From: Candidatus Latescibacterota bacterium
Lineage (GTDB): Bacteria; Latescibacterota; UBA2968; UBA8231
Reading direction: 5' to 3'
Assembly: GCA_965200315.1 (NCBI GenBank)
Contig: OZ241362.1
Coordinates: 4,160,001-4,224,000 of the forward strand
Length of the DNA: 64,000 bases
The notes under the pieces are model-generated. The model had not been told where the DNA came from, ran no database searches, and saw only the letters and a program-made list of their open reading frames with translations. Positions 48,977 to 58,585 of the stretch are shown in pieces (the first letter of the stretch is position 1; each line of letters starts with the position of its first letter). Position numbers and translations under genes: made by a program.

Positions 48977-49732
48977 CTAACCTCGCCCGACAAACGGCAT
49001 TTTCGTCGCCATGATCGTCATAAATAGCACATTGGTGTCCAGCGGCAACTCGGCCATTTGCACTACGGCGCGAGCCACATGCTCGACGTCAAAGCGCGGC
49101 TCAACGAGCTTGGATCCATCGGCCTGCGGCACGCCGTCGTTCATGCGCTGCGTCATATTAGTCGCCGTGTTGCCAATGTCGATCTGACCGCAGGCGATGT
49201 CGTATTTGCGCCCATCGAGCGAGGTCGATTTGGTGAGTCCGGTAATGGCGTGTTTGGTGGCCGTATAAGGGGCGGAATTGGGCCGCGGGGCCGCGGCTGA
49301 GACCGAGCCGTTGTTGATGATCCGGCCCCCGTGCGGGTCTTGAGCTTTCATAATGCGGAAGGCCGCTTGGGTGCAGAGGAAAGCACCCGTCAGGTTGACG
49401 GCGACGACCTGCTGCCACTGTTCGTATTCGAGGTCTTCCAACAGCACGGCCGGCGCACCGGCCCCGGCGTTGTTGAACAGCACGTCGAGCCGGCCAAAGT
49501 GCTCGGCGATTTGGGCGAACAGCGCGTCAACGGCTTGGGGATCGCCGACGTCGGTGGGCACCGGCAACATGCGGGCATCCGCTCCAGCCAGCGCAGCCGT
49601 TTCCTCTAAGGCATCTTGACGCCGCCCGGCTAGGGCAACCGCATAGCCGGCCTCGGCCAACGCCAAGGCACTGTGGCGGCCGATGCCGCTGCCGGCACCG
49701 GTGACGAGGGCGACTTTTGCACGTAGTTCCAT
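48977..49732 (-). CDS. SDR family oxidoreductase
   Basis: [13 protein letters not shown] and YTATK motifs. Confidence 0.92.
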   Translation of the reverse strand: MELRAKVALVTGAGSGIGRHSALALAEAGYAVALAGRRQDALEETAALAGADARMLPVPTDVGDPQAVDALFAQIAEHFGRLDVLFNNAGAGAPAVLLEDLEYEQWQQVVAVNLTGAFLCTQAAFRIMKAQDPHGGRIINNGSVSAAAPRPNSAPYTATKHAITGLTKSTSLDGRKYDIACGQIDIGNTATNMTQRMNDGVPQADGSKLVEPRFDVEHVARAVVQMAELPLDTNVLFMTIMATKMPFVGRG

Positions 49733-49735
49733 CTG

Positions 49736-51961
49736 TCATCTCCTTGAATTTGAAATGCGGCGGGCGGCCTTCACCTGTCGCCGCCGCTTGTGCAACACGT
49801 TTTCCGTATATCCGTTTGGTTCGGCGCGACCGTTGAATACCAAGTCCAGCGCCGCCTGAAATTCGACGCTGGCGTCGAGGTCAGGTGCCATGGGGCAATA
49901 CGCCGGGTCGCCGCTGTTTTGCGCATCGACTACGGCCGCTAGGCGCGCAAAGGTCGCCCGCACCTGCTCCGCGCTGGCAATTCCGTGGTGCAGCCAGTTG
50001 GCGATGTGCTGGCTGGAAATTCGCAAGGTGGCGCGGTCTTCCATCAGGCCGACGTGGTTGATGTCCGGCACCTTGGAGCAGCCAATGCCCTGGCCGACCC
50101 AGCGCACCACGTAGCCCAAAATCCCCTGGGCGTTGTTGTCTAATTCCTGCTGAATTTCTTCGGGGCTGAGTTGGCGATTGAGCACTGGGGGGCTGAGAAT
50201 CGCGCCGAGCGCGGCTCGCTCCCGTCCGGCTAGCTGGCCGAGGCACTCAAAGACATCGACTTGGTGGTAGTGCAGCGCGTGCAGGGTGGCCGCCGTGGGC
50301 GAGGGCACCCAAGCGGTGGTCGCCCCAGCTTGGGGGTGGCCTATCTTGGTCTCCATCATCTCGCGCATCCGCTCGGGCATGGTCCACATGCCCTTGCCAA
50401 TCTGCGCGCGTCCCGCCAAGCCGGTGGCGATGCCGATGTCCACGTTCCAGTCTTCATACGCCCTGAGCCAAGGCTGGTCCTTGATTTCCATCTTGGGCAA
50501 CATGGGGCTTAGCTCCATGCTGGTGTGGAGCTCGTCCCCGGTGCGGTCGAGAAAGCCGGTGTTGATGAAGACGACGCGCTCGGCCGCGCAGCGGATGCAC
50601 GCGCTGAGGTTGACTGTGGTGCGGCGTTCCTCGTCCATGATGCCGATTTTTAGGGTGTTTTTACTCAGCCCCAACGCCTCCTCTACTCGCGTAAATAGCT
50701 CGACGGTCGCTGCCACTTCGTCTGGCCCGTGCAGCTTGGGCTTTACCACATAGACGCTGCCGGTCTTGCTGTTGCGGTAGCGGCCGCGGCCCTTGAGGTC
50801 GTGGATGGCCGCCAAGCTGATGACCATGGCGTCGAGAAAGCCCTCGGGAATTTCCGCGCCGTCGGCGGTGGTCACCGCATCGGTGTACATGTGGATGCCG
50901 ACATGGCGCACGAGCAACAAGCTGCGCCCGGGCAGGGTCAAGGGGTGGCCGTTGGGGGCGGTACAGGTGCGGTCGGCGCACAGGCGGCGCGTCAGGGGCT
51001 GCCCGTCCTTGACAAAGGTCGCCTCTAGTGTGCCCTGCATCAGGCCGTTCCAGTTGCCATAGACGAGAACCTTGTCCTCGGCATCGACCGCGGCCACGGA
51101 ATCCTCGCAATCTTGGATGGTGGTAAGGGCCGCTTCTAAGAGCACGTCTTTGACGCCGGCGCGGTGAGTGCGTCCAATGGGATGGGTGCGGTCGATTTGG
51201 ATTTCGATGTGCAACCCGTTGTGGCGCAATAAGACGCTGCTCAGCTGATCTCCCTCGCGCCCATAGCCGACAAATTGCCCGGCGTCTTTGAGGCCGACCT
51301 CGGCGCCGCTTGCGAGGCGGGCGCACAAGGCGGCGACCTGAGCTCCACCGAAGGTTTGCCCGCCCGCGTCCTCGCGCAGGAAAAACTCCACCACCTCTCG
51401 GTACGCCCCCTGTTGGAGGCCGGCGACCGCGTCGAGAAACGCCTCGCTGTACGCTATGACTTGGGCACCGCGCTCGGCGTCGTACGCTCCCGCCGGTACG
51501 GGCCCCTCGATTACATCTGTGCCGTACAGGGCGTCGTACAAGCTCCCCCAGCGCGCATTCGCCGCGTTGAGCGCGTAGCGCGCATTGTCAACCGGGACGA
51601 CGAGCTGGGGGCCGGCCAAGGAGGCGATTTCCGGGTCGGTGTTTTCCGTGCGAATCTGCTGAGCGTCGCCTGCGGGCAACAAGTAGCCGATCTCTTCGAG
51701 AAAAGCCCGGTAGCCTGTGGGCTCCAACGGCTCGCCGCGCCGCTGGTGGTGATAGGCGTCGATCTGGGCCTGCAAGGCGGCGCGGCACTGAAGTAGCTGT
51801 CGATTCTTTGGCCCCAAGTCTCGGACGATTTTCTCCAGCGCCGCCCAAAAATGATCGACATCCACGTCCGTCCCGGGCGCAATCTGCTCGGCGACGAGGG
51901 CGTAGAGCCGCTGGTCGATGTGCAAGCCGCCGCTAATTGTTTTTTTTGCCGATTCTGCCAT
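49736..51961 (-). CDS. glcB: malate synthase G
   Basis: [59 protein letters not shown] and [13 protein letters not shown]. Confidence 0.97.
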   Translation of the reverse strand: MAESAKKTISGGLHIDQRLYALVAEQIAPGTDVDVDHFWAALEKIVRDLGPKNRQLLQCRAALQAQIDAYHHQRRGEPLEPTGYRAFLEEIGYLLPAGDAQQIRTENTDPEIASLAGPQLVVPVDNARYALNAANARWGSLYDALYGTDVIEGPVPAGAYDAERGAQVIAYSEAFLDAVAGLQQGAYREVVEFFLREDAGGQTFGGAQVAALCARLASGAEVGLKDAGQFVGYGREGDQLSSVLLRHNGLHIEIQIDRTHPIGRTHRAGVKDVLLEAALTTIQDCEDSVAAVDAEDKVLVYGNWNGLMQGTLEATFVKDGQPLTRRLCADRTCTAPNGHPLTLPGRSLLLVRHVGIHMYTDAVTTADGAEIPEGFLDAMVISLAAIHDLKGRGRYRNSKTGSVYVVKPKLHGPDEVAATVELFTRVEEALGLSKNTLKIGIMDEERRTTVNLSACIRCAAERVVFINTGFLDRTGDELHTSMELSPMLPKMEIKDQPWLRAYEDWNVDIGIATGLAGRAQIGKGMWTMPERMREMMETKIGHPQAGATTAWVPSPTAATLHALHYHQVDVFECLGQLAGRERAALGAILSPPVLNRQLSPEEIQQELDNNAQGILGYVVRWVGQGIGCSKVPDINHVGLMEDRATLRISSQHIANWLHHGIASAEQVRATFARLAAVVDAQNSGDPAYCPMAPDLDASVEFQAALDLVFNGRAEPNGYTENVLHKRRRQVKAARRISNSRR

Positions 51962-51976
51962 GATGTGCTCCGTTTA

Positions 51977-52067
51977 GGACCAAGATGGACAGGATGGATC
52001 AAGATAGACAAGATGAACCAAGATGGACAGGATGGACGGGGTGGACAGGATGGACGGGGGTTGGATA
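51977..52067. repeat. imperfect 9-10-bp tandem repeat (GATGGACAG-like, about 9 units)
   Basis: GGACCAAGATGGACAGGATGGATCAAGATAGACAAGATGAACCAAGATGGACAGGATGGACGGG... Confidence 0.8.
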
Positions 52068-52230
52068 GCTTGTAGGCACTATGCGGATATATAGCGAGCC
52101 GCCGCGATTTGAACACTGCGAGCGCTCGTCTCGTGAATACTATTCTGCGTCCTTATGAAGATCATCTAGTGAATGATGTAGAATTGCTATACCATTAGAG
52201 ACGGGCCGCACCACTACCGAGGAGAAGACC

Positions 52231-53142
52231 ATGCACTACGACCCATGCCAACGCACCTTTGACTGCGAGCCGACGCTGACCGATTCCCAAGTCCTCGAAT
52301 TCTGCCGCGAGGGCCACCTTTTGCTCAAAGGCGTTGTATCCGACGAGATCAACCAGCGCACCTGTGCTTGGCTCGACGGCGATATTCCCGCCAACCCAAG
52401 CTACATCCCCGACGGCCTGACCGAGGCCGACCTCGACCGCATCCGCTTTACCCACGAGCCGAGTTCCATCTTCTTGGAGGACTGGTTCATCGAGCACGTC
52501 CTGCTCAATGCCCGGTTAGCCGGTGCCATGCGCTCGCTTCTAGGCCCTAACATCGGCCTGCCTATCATAGCCAGCCACCACCGGGCCGAATGCCCCATGG
52601 AAGCCCAGGGCTGGCACCAAGATGCCGATCACATCTTCGGCCCGGAGCTGCGCTTTTTGGAGGTCTTCTACTTTCCCCAAGACACGCCCGTGGAGCTGGG
52701 GCCGACCGAGTTGGTGCCTGGCTCGCACATCCAACCGGGTCGCCGCGACAGCGAAGAAGGGGGCGTGTTTTGCGACGGTCCGGCTGGCACCATTGGGATT
52801 CACCATCAGAGCATCATGCACCGCCGCGGCAAGTCCACCGCCAAGGGGCTGCGCCGGATGCTCAAGTACAATTATTGGCGCACGGCACCTCCCCAGCGCA
52901 ACTGGATCGTCGAGGAGGACTTTGATTTCCAGAGCGCGTATTACGGCGGCCACGGCACGGCGCGCTACTATGCCCACATGTTCTATTGGCTCTGCGGCGA
53001 GGGGGATCAGTTCCGCATCATCGGCGGCCAGGCTTGGCCTTGGCAGTCCCCAAACCAGATCGGGCCATCGTATGGCTTTGACGCCGAGGAAGGCTATCAG
53101 CCCAATTGGCGTCGGGACAACCCCGACGGGTATGCGCGTTGA
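52231..53142 (+). CDS. PhyH family dioxygenase
   Basis: WHQDA, GPTELVPGSH and IMHRR motifs; GAGGAG RBS. Confidence 0.85.
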   Translation: MHYDPCQRTFDCEPTLTDSQVLEFCREGHLLLKGVVSDEINQRTCAWLDGDIPANPSYIPDGLTEADLDRIRFTHEPSSIFLEDWFIEHVLLNARLAGAMRSLLGPNIGLPIIASHHRAECPMEAQGWHQDADHIFGPELRFLEVFYFPQDTPVELGPTELVPGSHIQPGRRDSEEGGVFCDGPAGTIGIHHQSIMHRRGKSTAKGLRRMLKYNYWRTAPPQRNWIVEEDFDFQSAYYGGHGTARYYAHMFYWLCGEGDQFRIIGGQAWPWQSPNQIGPSYGFDAEEGYQPNWRRDNPDGYAR

Positions 53143-53228
53143 TTGGGCAGTAGCCGCCTCCAGCAGGAGGGACATCGCTATGAGAGGCAGGGGCAGGGCA
53201 CCGGCCCGGCGGGTGGGGGGCGGTACTC

Positions 53229-53391
53229 GCGCGCCTCGGACACACTGAATCCGGGTGCTGGCCGGCGCGAGGAGTCGTTAGAACTGGTGCGCTTCGGGCA
53301 GGCAGTCGCGCAGCGTCTTGATGCGGGCGTCGTACTCACCGCGCAGTTCGAGAGCTTCGTAGAGTCTGATGGTCTTCCTAACTTCGGTCAT
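53229..53391 (-). pseudogene. truncated coiled-coil hypothetical gene
   Basis: Strong SD (AAGGAGGTG); MTEVRKTIRLYEALELRGEYDARIKTLRDCLPEAHQF* stops at 37 aa, with an out-of-frame RRPAPGFSVSEARE continuation. Confidence 0.5.
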
Positions 53392-53504
53392 ACCTCACCT
53401 CCTTCGAGTTTCACCGAGAGATGATTCAAAATTCGAGGGAGTGTAGAACAGTCGCAATAGTTCAGCGACTTTTTTTGTGATCAGTTCGTATGGCACTTTT
53501 AGCA

Positions 53505-55265
53505 TCACTCCCGGAGCGCCAAATGCAGCTCCCGCAACTGCTCCGGCGACACCTCGCCCGGTGCGCCCATGAGCGGATCCTGTGCGTTTTGGTTCAGCGG
53601 GAAGGCGATGACCTCGCGTATGTTCGGTTCGTCCGCCAGCAACATGACGATGCGGTCGATGCCGGGCGCGATGCCGCCATGAGGCGGAGCGCCGTAGCGC
53701 AAGGCGCGGATCAGGCCCCCAAACTTGCGGTCCACTTCCCGCGGCGAATGCCCGGCAATCGCAAACGCCTTGTACATGATGTCTGGTCTGTGATTGCGGA
53801 TGGCACCGCTCGACAGTTCGAGGCCGTTGCAGACGATGTCGTACTGATAGGCCTTGATCTCCAGCGGCGGTTGCGTCTCCAGCGCCGCCATACCGCCCTG
53901 CGGCATGGAAAACGGATTGTGCGAAAAGGCCACGCAGTCGCGTTCCTCGTCCCATTCGTACATGGGAAAATCGACGACCCAGCAGAATTCATAACAACCC
54001 TCCCGCCGCAGGTTGAGCCGGTCTGCCAGATGCAGGCGCAACCGTCCCGCTAGAGCCGCGGCCGCGGCTGGCGGCCCGGCGACGAAGAAAATGGCGGCCC
54101 CCGGCGCGGCGGCACATTCCTCGATGATGCGGTTGCGCACACTCTGTTCTAGGGCCGCGGCGATTGAACCTGTGGCTTGGGCTCCGTTGATGAGGTACGC
54201 CAGCCCCTTGCCGCCCGCTTCTTTGACGAATGCTTCGAGGCGGTCGAAAAACGAACGCGGCTGCCCCTCCAGCTTGGGAACGCATAGGGCGCGGACGACT
54301 CCTCCTGCTGCGACGATGTCCCTGAACAGTCTAAACGAGGAGTCCGCAAAGATCGCGGAGAGGTCTTGAATTTCGAGCCCGAAGCGCAGGTCTGGTTTGT
54401 CCGTGCCGAACCTCAGCAGAGAGTCGGCGTGGGAAAGACGCGGGAACGGCGGCTCGGTCACTTTCCAATCGGTGAATTCGCGGAACAGACCCGAAAAGAG
54501 GGCCTCGACCACAGCAAAGACGTCCTCCTGCTCAACGAAGGCCATCTCGAGGTCGAGCTGGTAGAACTCGCCGGGGGAGCGGTCGGCGCGGGCATCTTCG
54601 TCGCGGAAGCAGGGCGCGATCTGGAAGTAGCGGTCGAAGCCAGACACCATCAGCAACTGCTTGAACTGCTGAGGTGCCTGCGGCAGCGCGTAGAATTGGC
54701 CGGGATAGAGCCGGCTCGGCACGAGGTAATCGCGGGCGCCCTCGGGCGAGATGCTAGTGAGAATGGGCGTCTGGAACTCGGCAAAGCCCATCTTTGTCAT
54801 GCGCCGTCTGATGCTGGCGATCACCTCCGAGCGGAGCTGAATGCGGCGGTGCAGCCCGGCCCGGCGCAGGTCTAAGAAGCGATAGCGCAACCGGGTGCTC
54901 TCTCCCACTTCGGAATCTTCCGCTATGGAAAAGGGGAGTGGCTGCGCTGACGAGAGCACTTTTAGCTCGCGGACGGCGAGTTCCACTTCTCCGGTCTCCA
55001 TCGCGCTGTTGATGGTCTCAGGCGTCCGTTCGCGCACATCGCCCACGACGCGGATTACGGATTCGCGGAGAACCTTTGACGCAGTTGCCGCAGCGTCATT
55101 TTCCGGCGAGATCACGAGTTGGGTGATGCCGTAGTGGTCGCGCAGATCTAGGAACAATACGCCTCCGTGGTCCCGGCGGCGATGAATCCAGCCACTCAGG
55201 CGAATGGTCTGGCCGGCGTGGTGCTTGCGGAGTTCGCCACAGGTGTGCGTGCGATAGCGGTGCAT
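53505..55265 (-). CDS. aspS: aspartate--tRNA ligase, probably non-discriminating (Asp/Asn)
   Basis: [18 protein letters not shown] (His typical of ND-AspRS), [18 protein letters not shown] and [12 protein letters not shown]. Confidence 0.96.
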   Translation of the reverse strand: MHRYRTHTCGELRKHHAGQTIRLSGWIHRRRDHGGVLFLDLRDHYGITQLVISPENDAAATASKVLRESVIRVVGDVRERTPETINSAMETGEVELAVRELKVLSSAQPLPFSIAEDSEVGESTRLRYRFLDLRRAGLHRRIQLRSEVIASIRRRMTKMGFAEFQTPILTSISPEGARDYLVPSRLYPGQFYALPQAPQQFKQLLMVSGFDRYFQIAPCFRDEDARADRSPGEFYQLDLEMAFVEQEDVFAVVEALFSGLFREFTDWKVTEPPFPRLSHADSLLRFGTDKPDLRFGLEIQDLSAIFADSSFRLFRDIVAAGGVVRALCVPKLEGQPRSFFDRLEAFVKEAGGKGLAYLINGAQATGSIAAALEQSVRNRIIEECAAAPGAAIFFVAGPPAAAAALAGRLRLHLADRLNLRREGCYEFCWVVDFPMYEWDEERDCVAFSHNPFSMPQGGMAALETQPPLEIKAYQYDIVCNGLELSSGAIRNHRPDIMYKAFAIAGHSPREVDRKFGGLIRALRYGAPPHGGIAPGIDRIVMLLADEPNIREVIAFPLNQNAQDPLMGAPGEVSPEQLRELHLALRE

Positions 55266-55276
55266 GGTAGCCTCCT

Positions 55277-55319
55277 AAAAACAGAAAACCCGCCGCGATG
55301 CGTGTTCGCGACGGGTTTT
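55277..55319 (-). terminator. attenuator terminator hairpin upstream of aspS
   Basis: Minus strand AAAACCCGTCGCGA-ACACGCA-TCGCGGCGGGTTTT then CTGTTTTT, directly before the AGGAGG RBS. Confidence 0.85.
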
Positions 55320-55348
55320 GAATGCTTGGGTTGGGTTGGAGTTAGTCG

Positions 55349-55414
55349 TCAGAACACGCGCAATGGAGCTAGCGGGTTATTATTCTGCGCGCGGTCGTTG
55401 TGACGGGTCATCAT
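55349..55414 (-). CDS. putative aspS leader peptide MMTRHNDRAQNNNPLAPLRVF
   Basis: 21-aa uORF with AAT AAT AAC tandem Asn codons plus AAC GAC; its 3' end is complementary to the terminator 5' arm and loop. Confidence 0.75.
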   Translation of the reverse strand: MMTRHNDRAQNNNPLAPLRVF

Positions 55415-55422
55415 AGTCGTCT

Positions 55423-55450
55423 AAGATAGCGGAAGGCCGAATTCCGTCAA
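55423..55450 (-). promoter_or_regulatory. sigma70-like promoter for the aspS leader
   Basis: TTGACG, 16-nt spacer, TATCTT, 8 nt before the leader ATG (nearly leaderless). Confidence 0.55.
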
Positions 55451-55481
55451 GCTGGGCTATGCGCTTGCCTCGGGCATCCAA

Positions 55482-55511
55482 TGTGACTACAATTATCCTA
55501 ATGTAGTTACA
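55482..55511. promoter_or_regulatory. inverted-repeat operator of the TA operon
   Basis: TGTGACTACA-N10-TGTAGTTACA directly upstream of the antitoxin RBS. Confidence 0.65.
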
Positions 55512-55524
55512 AGGAGATCAATGA

Positions 55525-55791
55525 ATGAACGCATCCATACGCGACCTGAAGAGCAGGTTGTCGCGCTACCTTCGGCAAGTCCAGCGGGGAGAGACCGTTG
55601 TCGTAACTTATAGAGGGAAGCCCATCGCCCGCCTCGTGCCGCTACCGCCCCTCCTGTTGGAAGAGCGGCTGTCCACCTTGCCGGGGATCAATGCCGGGAC
55701 AGGGGGAAAACCAAGAGGTGCCACGCGCCCAGTGCGCGTCAAACCCGGACAGAAAAGCGTTGCGGACATCGTGGTAGAAGAGCGGCGGTGA
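55525..55791 (+). CDS. Phd/YefM family antitoxin
   Basis: SIRDLKSRLSRYLRQVQRGETVVVTYRGKPIARLVP. Confidence 0.92.
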   Translation: MNASIRDLKSRLSRYLRQVQRGETVVVTYRGKPIARLVPLPPLLLEERLSTLPGINAGTGGKPRGATRPVRVKPGQKSVADIVVEERR

Positions 55792-56225
55792 TCCTCTTTC
55801 TCGATACATCGGCTCTCGTCAAGCTGTACGTCGAGGAGGACGACTCCGAGGCGGTACGCGGCTGGGTAGAGGGGGCCGAGGAAGTTGCCTGCCAGTGGAT
55901 CGCATACGTGGAGGCGCGATCTGCTTTGGCTGCCAAGCAGCGTTTGGGCGACTTGTCCGATGCAGAGTTGGCGGAATGCAGGGAGGAACTAGAGCGGGAT
56001 TGGGAGCGATATCACCGCGTCGCGGTTACGCAGACTCTCCTGCGACGAGCCGGTGCTCTGAGCGAACAACTCGGCGTCCGCGCCTATGACAGTGTTCACC
56101 TTGCGGGGGCTGAGTACCTGCAATCCTCGCTGGGAGTGCCGATAACCTTCGGGTCCTTCGACCGCCGACAGGTCGATGCTGCCGCACAGCTTGGAATGCT
56201 CATTGCATCGGTTGATGACAACTGA
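55788..56225 (+). CDS. vapC: VapC (PIN) toxin
   Basis: FLDTSALVKLY, RAYDSVHLA and SFDRR motifs; GTGA overlap with the antitoxin. Confidence 0.9.
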   Translation: MILFLDTSALVKLYVEEDDSEAVRGWVEGAEEVACQWIAYVEARSALAAKQRLGDLSDAELAECREELERDWERYHRVAVTQTLLRRAGALSEQLGVRAYDSVHLAGAEYLQSSLGVPITFGSFDRRQVDAAAQLGMLIASVDDN

Positions 56226-56463
56226 GCTGTGTGCGGCTTATTATACAGTCCTACGTCATTCATGCGATGATCCGCAGATAAACGCATAAGGACGCAGAAT
56301 GGTATGGATAAAACAAGCCGCCGCTCGAATCGTTCAACTCATTATAATTCTCTCTCCGAATTTCAAACGGATACACTACCCGTGCTTGTTGCCCCCATCT
56401 GTAAAACCGTACATTAACTCGAACCCGGCCCCAACTAGTCCCTCCAACCAAAGGACAATTCCC

Positions 56464-57306
56464 ATGAGCGGCCTTACCTCCGACCAACTCGACTTCTATC
56501 GCAGCGAAGGCTATCTCCTCGTCGAGGAGGTCCTCGACCCTTGTGTCTTCGACCGCCTCATCACTGAAATTGACGCGATTGTCGATACGGCCGCCCAAGA
56601 GGCCGAACTGTCCGAGTTGCACGCAGACCTACCTTTTGCCAAGCGCCTAGTCCACATCCACGCCCAGTTGGCCGACCCTGAGCCGCTGTTGCGCCAAGTC
56701 AACGGCAAGCTCAAAACCGAGGGCATGTTCGCCATTTTGACCCAACCGGCGCTGCTCGACATAGTCGAATCCGCGATCGGCCCCGAGATATTGGCTCACC
56801 CGCAATTCAACTTGCGCGCCAAATTGCCCAACCAAAACGCCACTGTGGTCCCCTGGCACCAAGACTTGGGTTATTTGCAGCCCGACGCCGAAGAAACCTT
56901 CATGGTCAATTTTTGGATCCCCTTGGTCGATGCCACTCCTGAAAACGGCTGCATGGAAGTCATTGCCGGCAGCCACCGCGCCTCGCTCATCGGGCACGAG
57001 CACGGCTTGGGACCGGGGGCCAATTTCAAGGGCATCACCGATCAGTACTTGCCTCCCGGCGAGCAAGTTAGCTGCCCGGTCCAAGTCGGCGGCGTACTGC
57101 TCATCCAGCACAAGACCATCCACCGCTCCATCCCCAACCACTCCGACCACATCCGCTGGAGCCTCGACCTGCGCTACAGCGACCCAGCCCAGCCCAGCGG
57201 CCGCGACGGCGTCCCCGGTTTTATAGCCCGCAGCCAAGCACATCCCGAATCGGTGGCCCAGAGCCTGGACGATTGGCTGGCGTTGTTCGAGACCACTGCT
57301 CCATAA
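56464..57306 (+). CDS. PhyH family dioxygenase
   Basis: PWHQD, NFWIPLVDATPENGC and IHRS motifs. Confidence 0.92.
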   Translation: MSGLTSDQLDFYRSEGYLLVEEVLDPCVFDRLITEIDAIVDTAAQEAELSELHADLPFAKRLVHIHAQLADPEPLLRQVNGKLKTEGMFAILTQPALLDIVESAIGPEILAHPQFNLRAKLPNQNATVVPWHQDLGYLQPDAEETFMVNFWIPLVDATPENGCMEVIAGSHRASLIGHEHGLGPGANFKGITDQYLPPGEQVSCPVQVGGVLLIQHKTIHRSIPNHSDHIRWSLDLRYSDPAQPSGRDGVPGFIARSQAHPESVAQSLDDWLALFETTAP

Positions 57307-57422
57307 CTGAAAACAAGTTTTCCTACGCCCTCCTGAAACTGATAGGCGGCCAAGGGAAACTTTGGCTCGTCCGTTAGTGTCAGGAGACCGCATATTCCCC
57401 AAACACTTTTTTGGAGATTACC

Positions 57423-58562
57423 ATGCTCTACGACTTGCTCCTCAAAGGTGGCACCCTAGTTGATCCAGCCCAGCAACTACACGCAGTGCTGGACGTGGCT
57501 TTTGCCGACGGCAAAGTCGCTGCGGTCGGGGCCGCCCTGCCTGCGAATCAAGCGCGCCAAACGCTCGATGTCGCGGGCTACGTGGTGGCCCCCGGCCTCA
57601 TCGATTTGCACGTCCACGTGTATTGGGGAGTCAGCCACTTCGGTGTCGAGCCTGATCCCACCTGTCTAGCCCGAGGTGTCACCACCGTGGTCGATGCCGG
57701 CTCGGCTGGAGCCGATACCTTCCCCGGCTTCCGCAAATTCATCATCGACGTCAGTGACACCCGCATCTTGGCCCAGCTCAACATCTCCTCGCAGGGCATG
57801 TTGACGCAGGAAATCGGCGAGTTCGAGATCCCCGAGTACGCAGACGTGGGCAAAGCCTGCCGCATGATCGAACAACACCGCGACCTCATCTTGGGGGTCA
57901 AGGTGCGGCTCACCCGCCACAGCATCGTCAGCGAGCGCTCGGGAATGCGGCCCCTGCACCGGGCCCGCGAGGCCGCGGATGCCGCCGGTCTGCCCATTAT
58001 GGTCCACCCGCAAGACGCTTGGTGCGACAGCCTCGATGATGTGCTGGCCGTTATGCAACAAGGCGACATCCTCACCCATTGCTTCCACGGCATGAAGTGC
58101 GGCATCCTCGACGAGGCCGGCCAAGTGCGCCCTGCGGTACACGAGGCCGTGGAGCGCGGTGTGCTCTTTGACGTGGGGCACGGCGCTGGCTCCTTCTCTT
58201 GGGAGGTGGCCGAGACTGCGCTAAGCGCTGGGCTTGCGCCGCATACCATCTCCTCAGACTTGCACGTGTACAATCTCCACGGGCCGGTATATGACTTGAT
58301 CAACGTCGTATCCAAATTTCTCCACTTGGGCATGGACCTCGACGCCGCGCTGGCCAAAGTAACCGCAGTGCCGGCCCAAGTCATTGGAGTGCCGAATGAG
58401 ATCGGGACCTTGGCGGTAGGTGCTTGGGGCGACTCGGTGGTGCTCGATGTACGCCAAGGCCAGTTCCAGTTGGCCGATTCGGGCGGGGAAATACGCACGG
58501 GCCAACAGCAATTGGAGCCGCTGGTTGTGGTCAAGGGCGGCCGAGTCTATCGCCAGTATTAA
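57423..58562 (+). CDS. amidohydrolase/deacetylase (dihydroorotase-like metallohydrolase)
   Basis: PGLIDLHVH, GVTTVVDAGSAG, DVGHG and ISSDLH motifs. Confidence 0.9.
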   Translation: MLYDLLLKGGTLVDPAQQLHAVLDVAFADGKVAAVGAALPANQARQTLDVAGYVVAPGLIDLHVHVYWGVSHFGVEPDPTCLARGVTTVVDAGSAGADTFPGFRKFIIDVSDTRILAQLNISSQGMLTQEIGEFEIPEYADVGKACRMIEQHRDLILGVKVRLTRHSIVSERSGMRPLHRAREAADAAGLPIMVHPQDAWCDSLDDVLAVMQQGDILTHCFHGMKCGILDEAGQVRPAVHEAVERGVLFDVGHGAGSFSWEVAETALSAGLAPHTISSDLHVYNLHGPVYDLINVVSKFLHLGMDLDAALAKVTAVPAQVIGVPNEIGTLAVGAWGDSVVLDVRQGQFQLADSGGEIRTGQQQLEPLVVVKGGRVYRQY

Positions 58563-58585
58563 GGCTAGAAACAGCATAGGTAAAG

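Noticed and set aside
55266-55420. T-box riboswitch upstream of aspS
   Set aside because: The leader is too short and lacks the UGGNACC T-box bulge; the uORF attenuator explains the structure.
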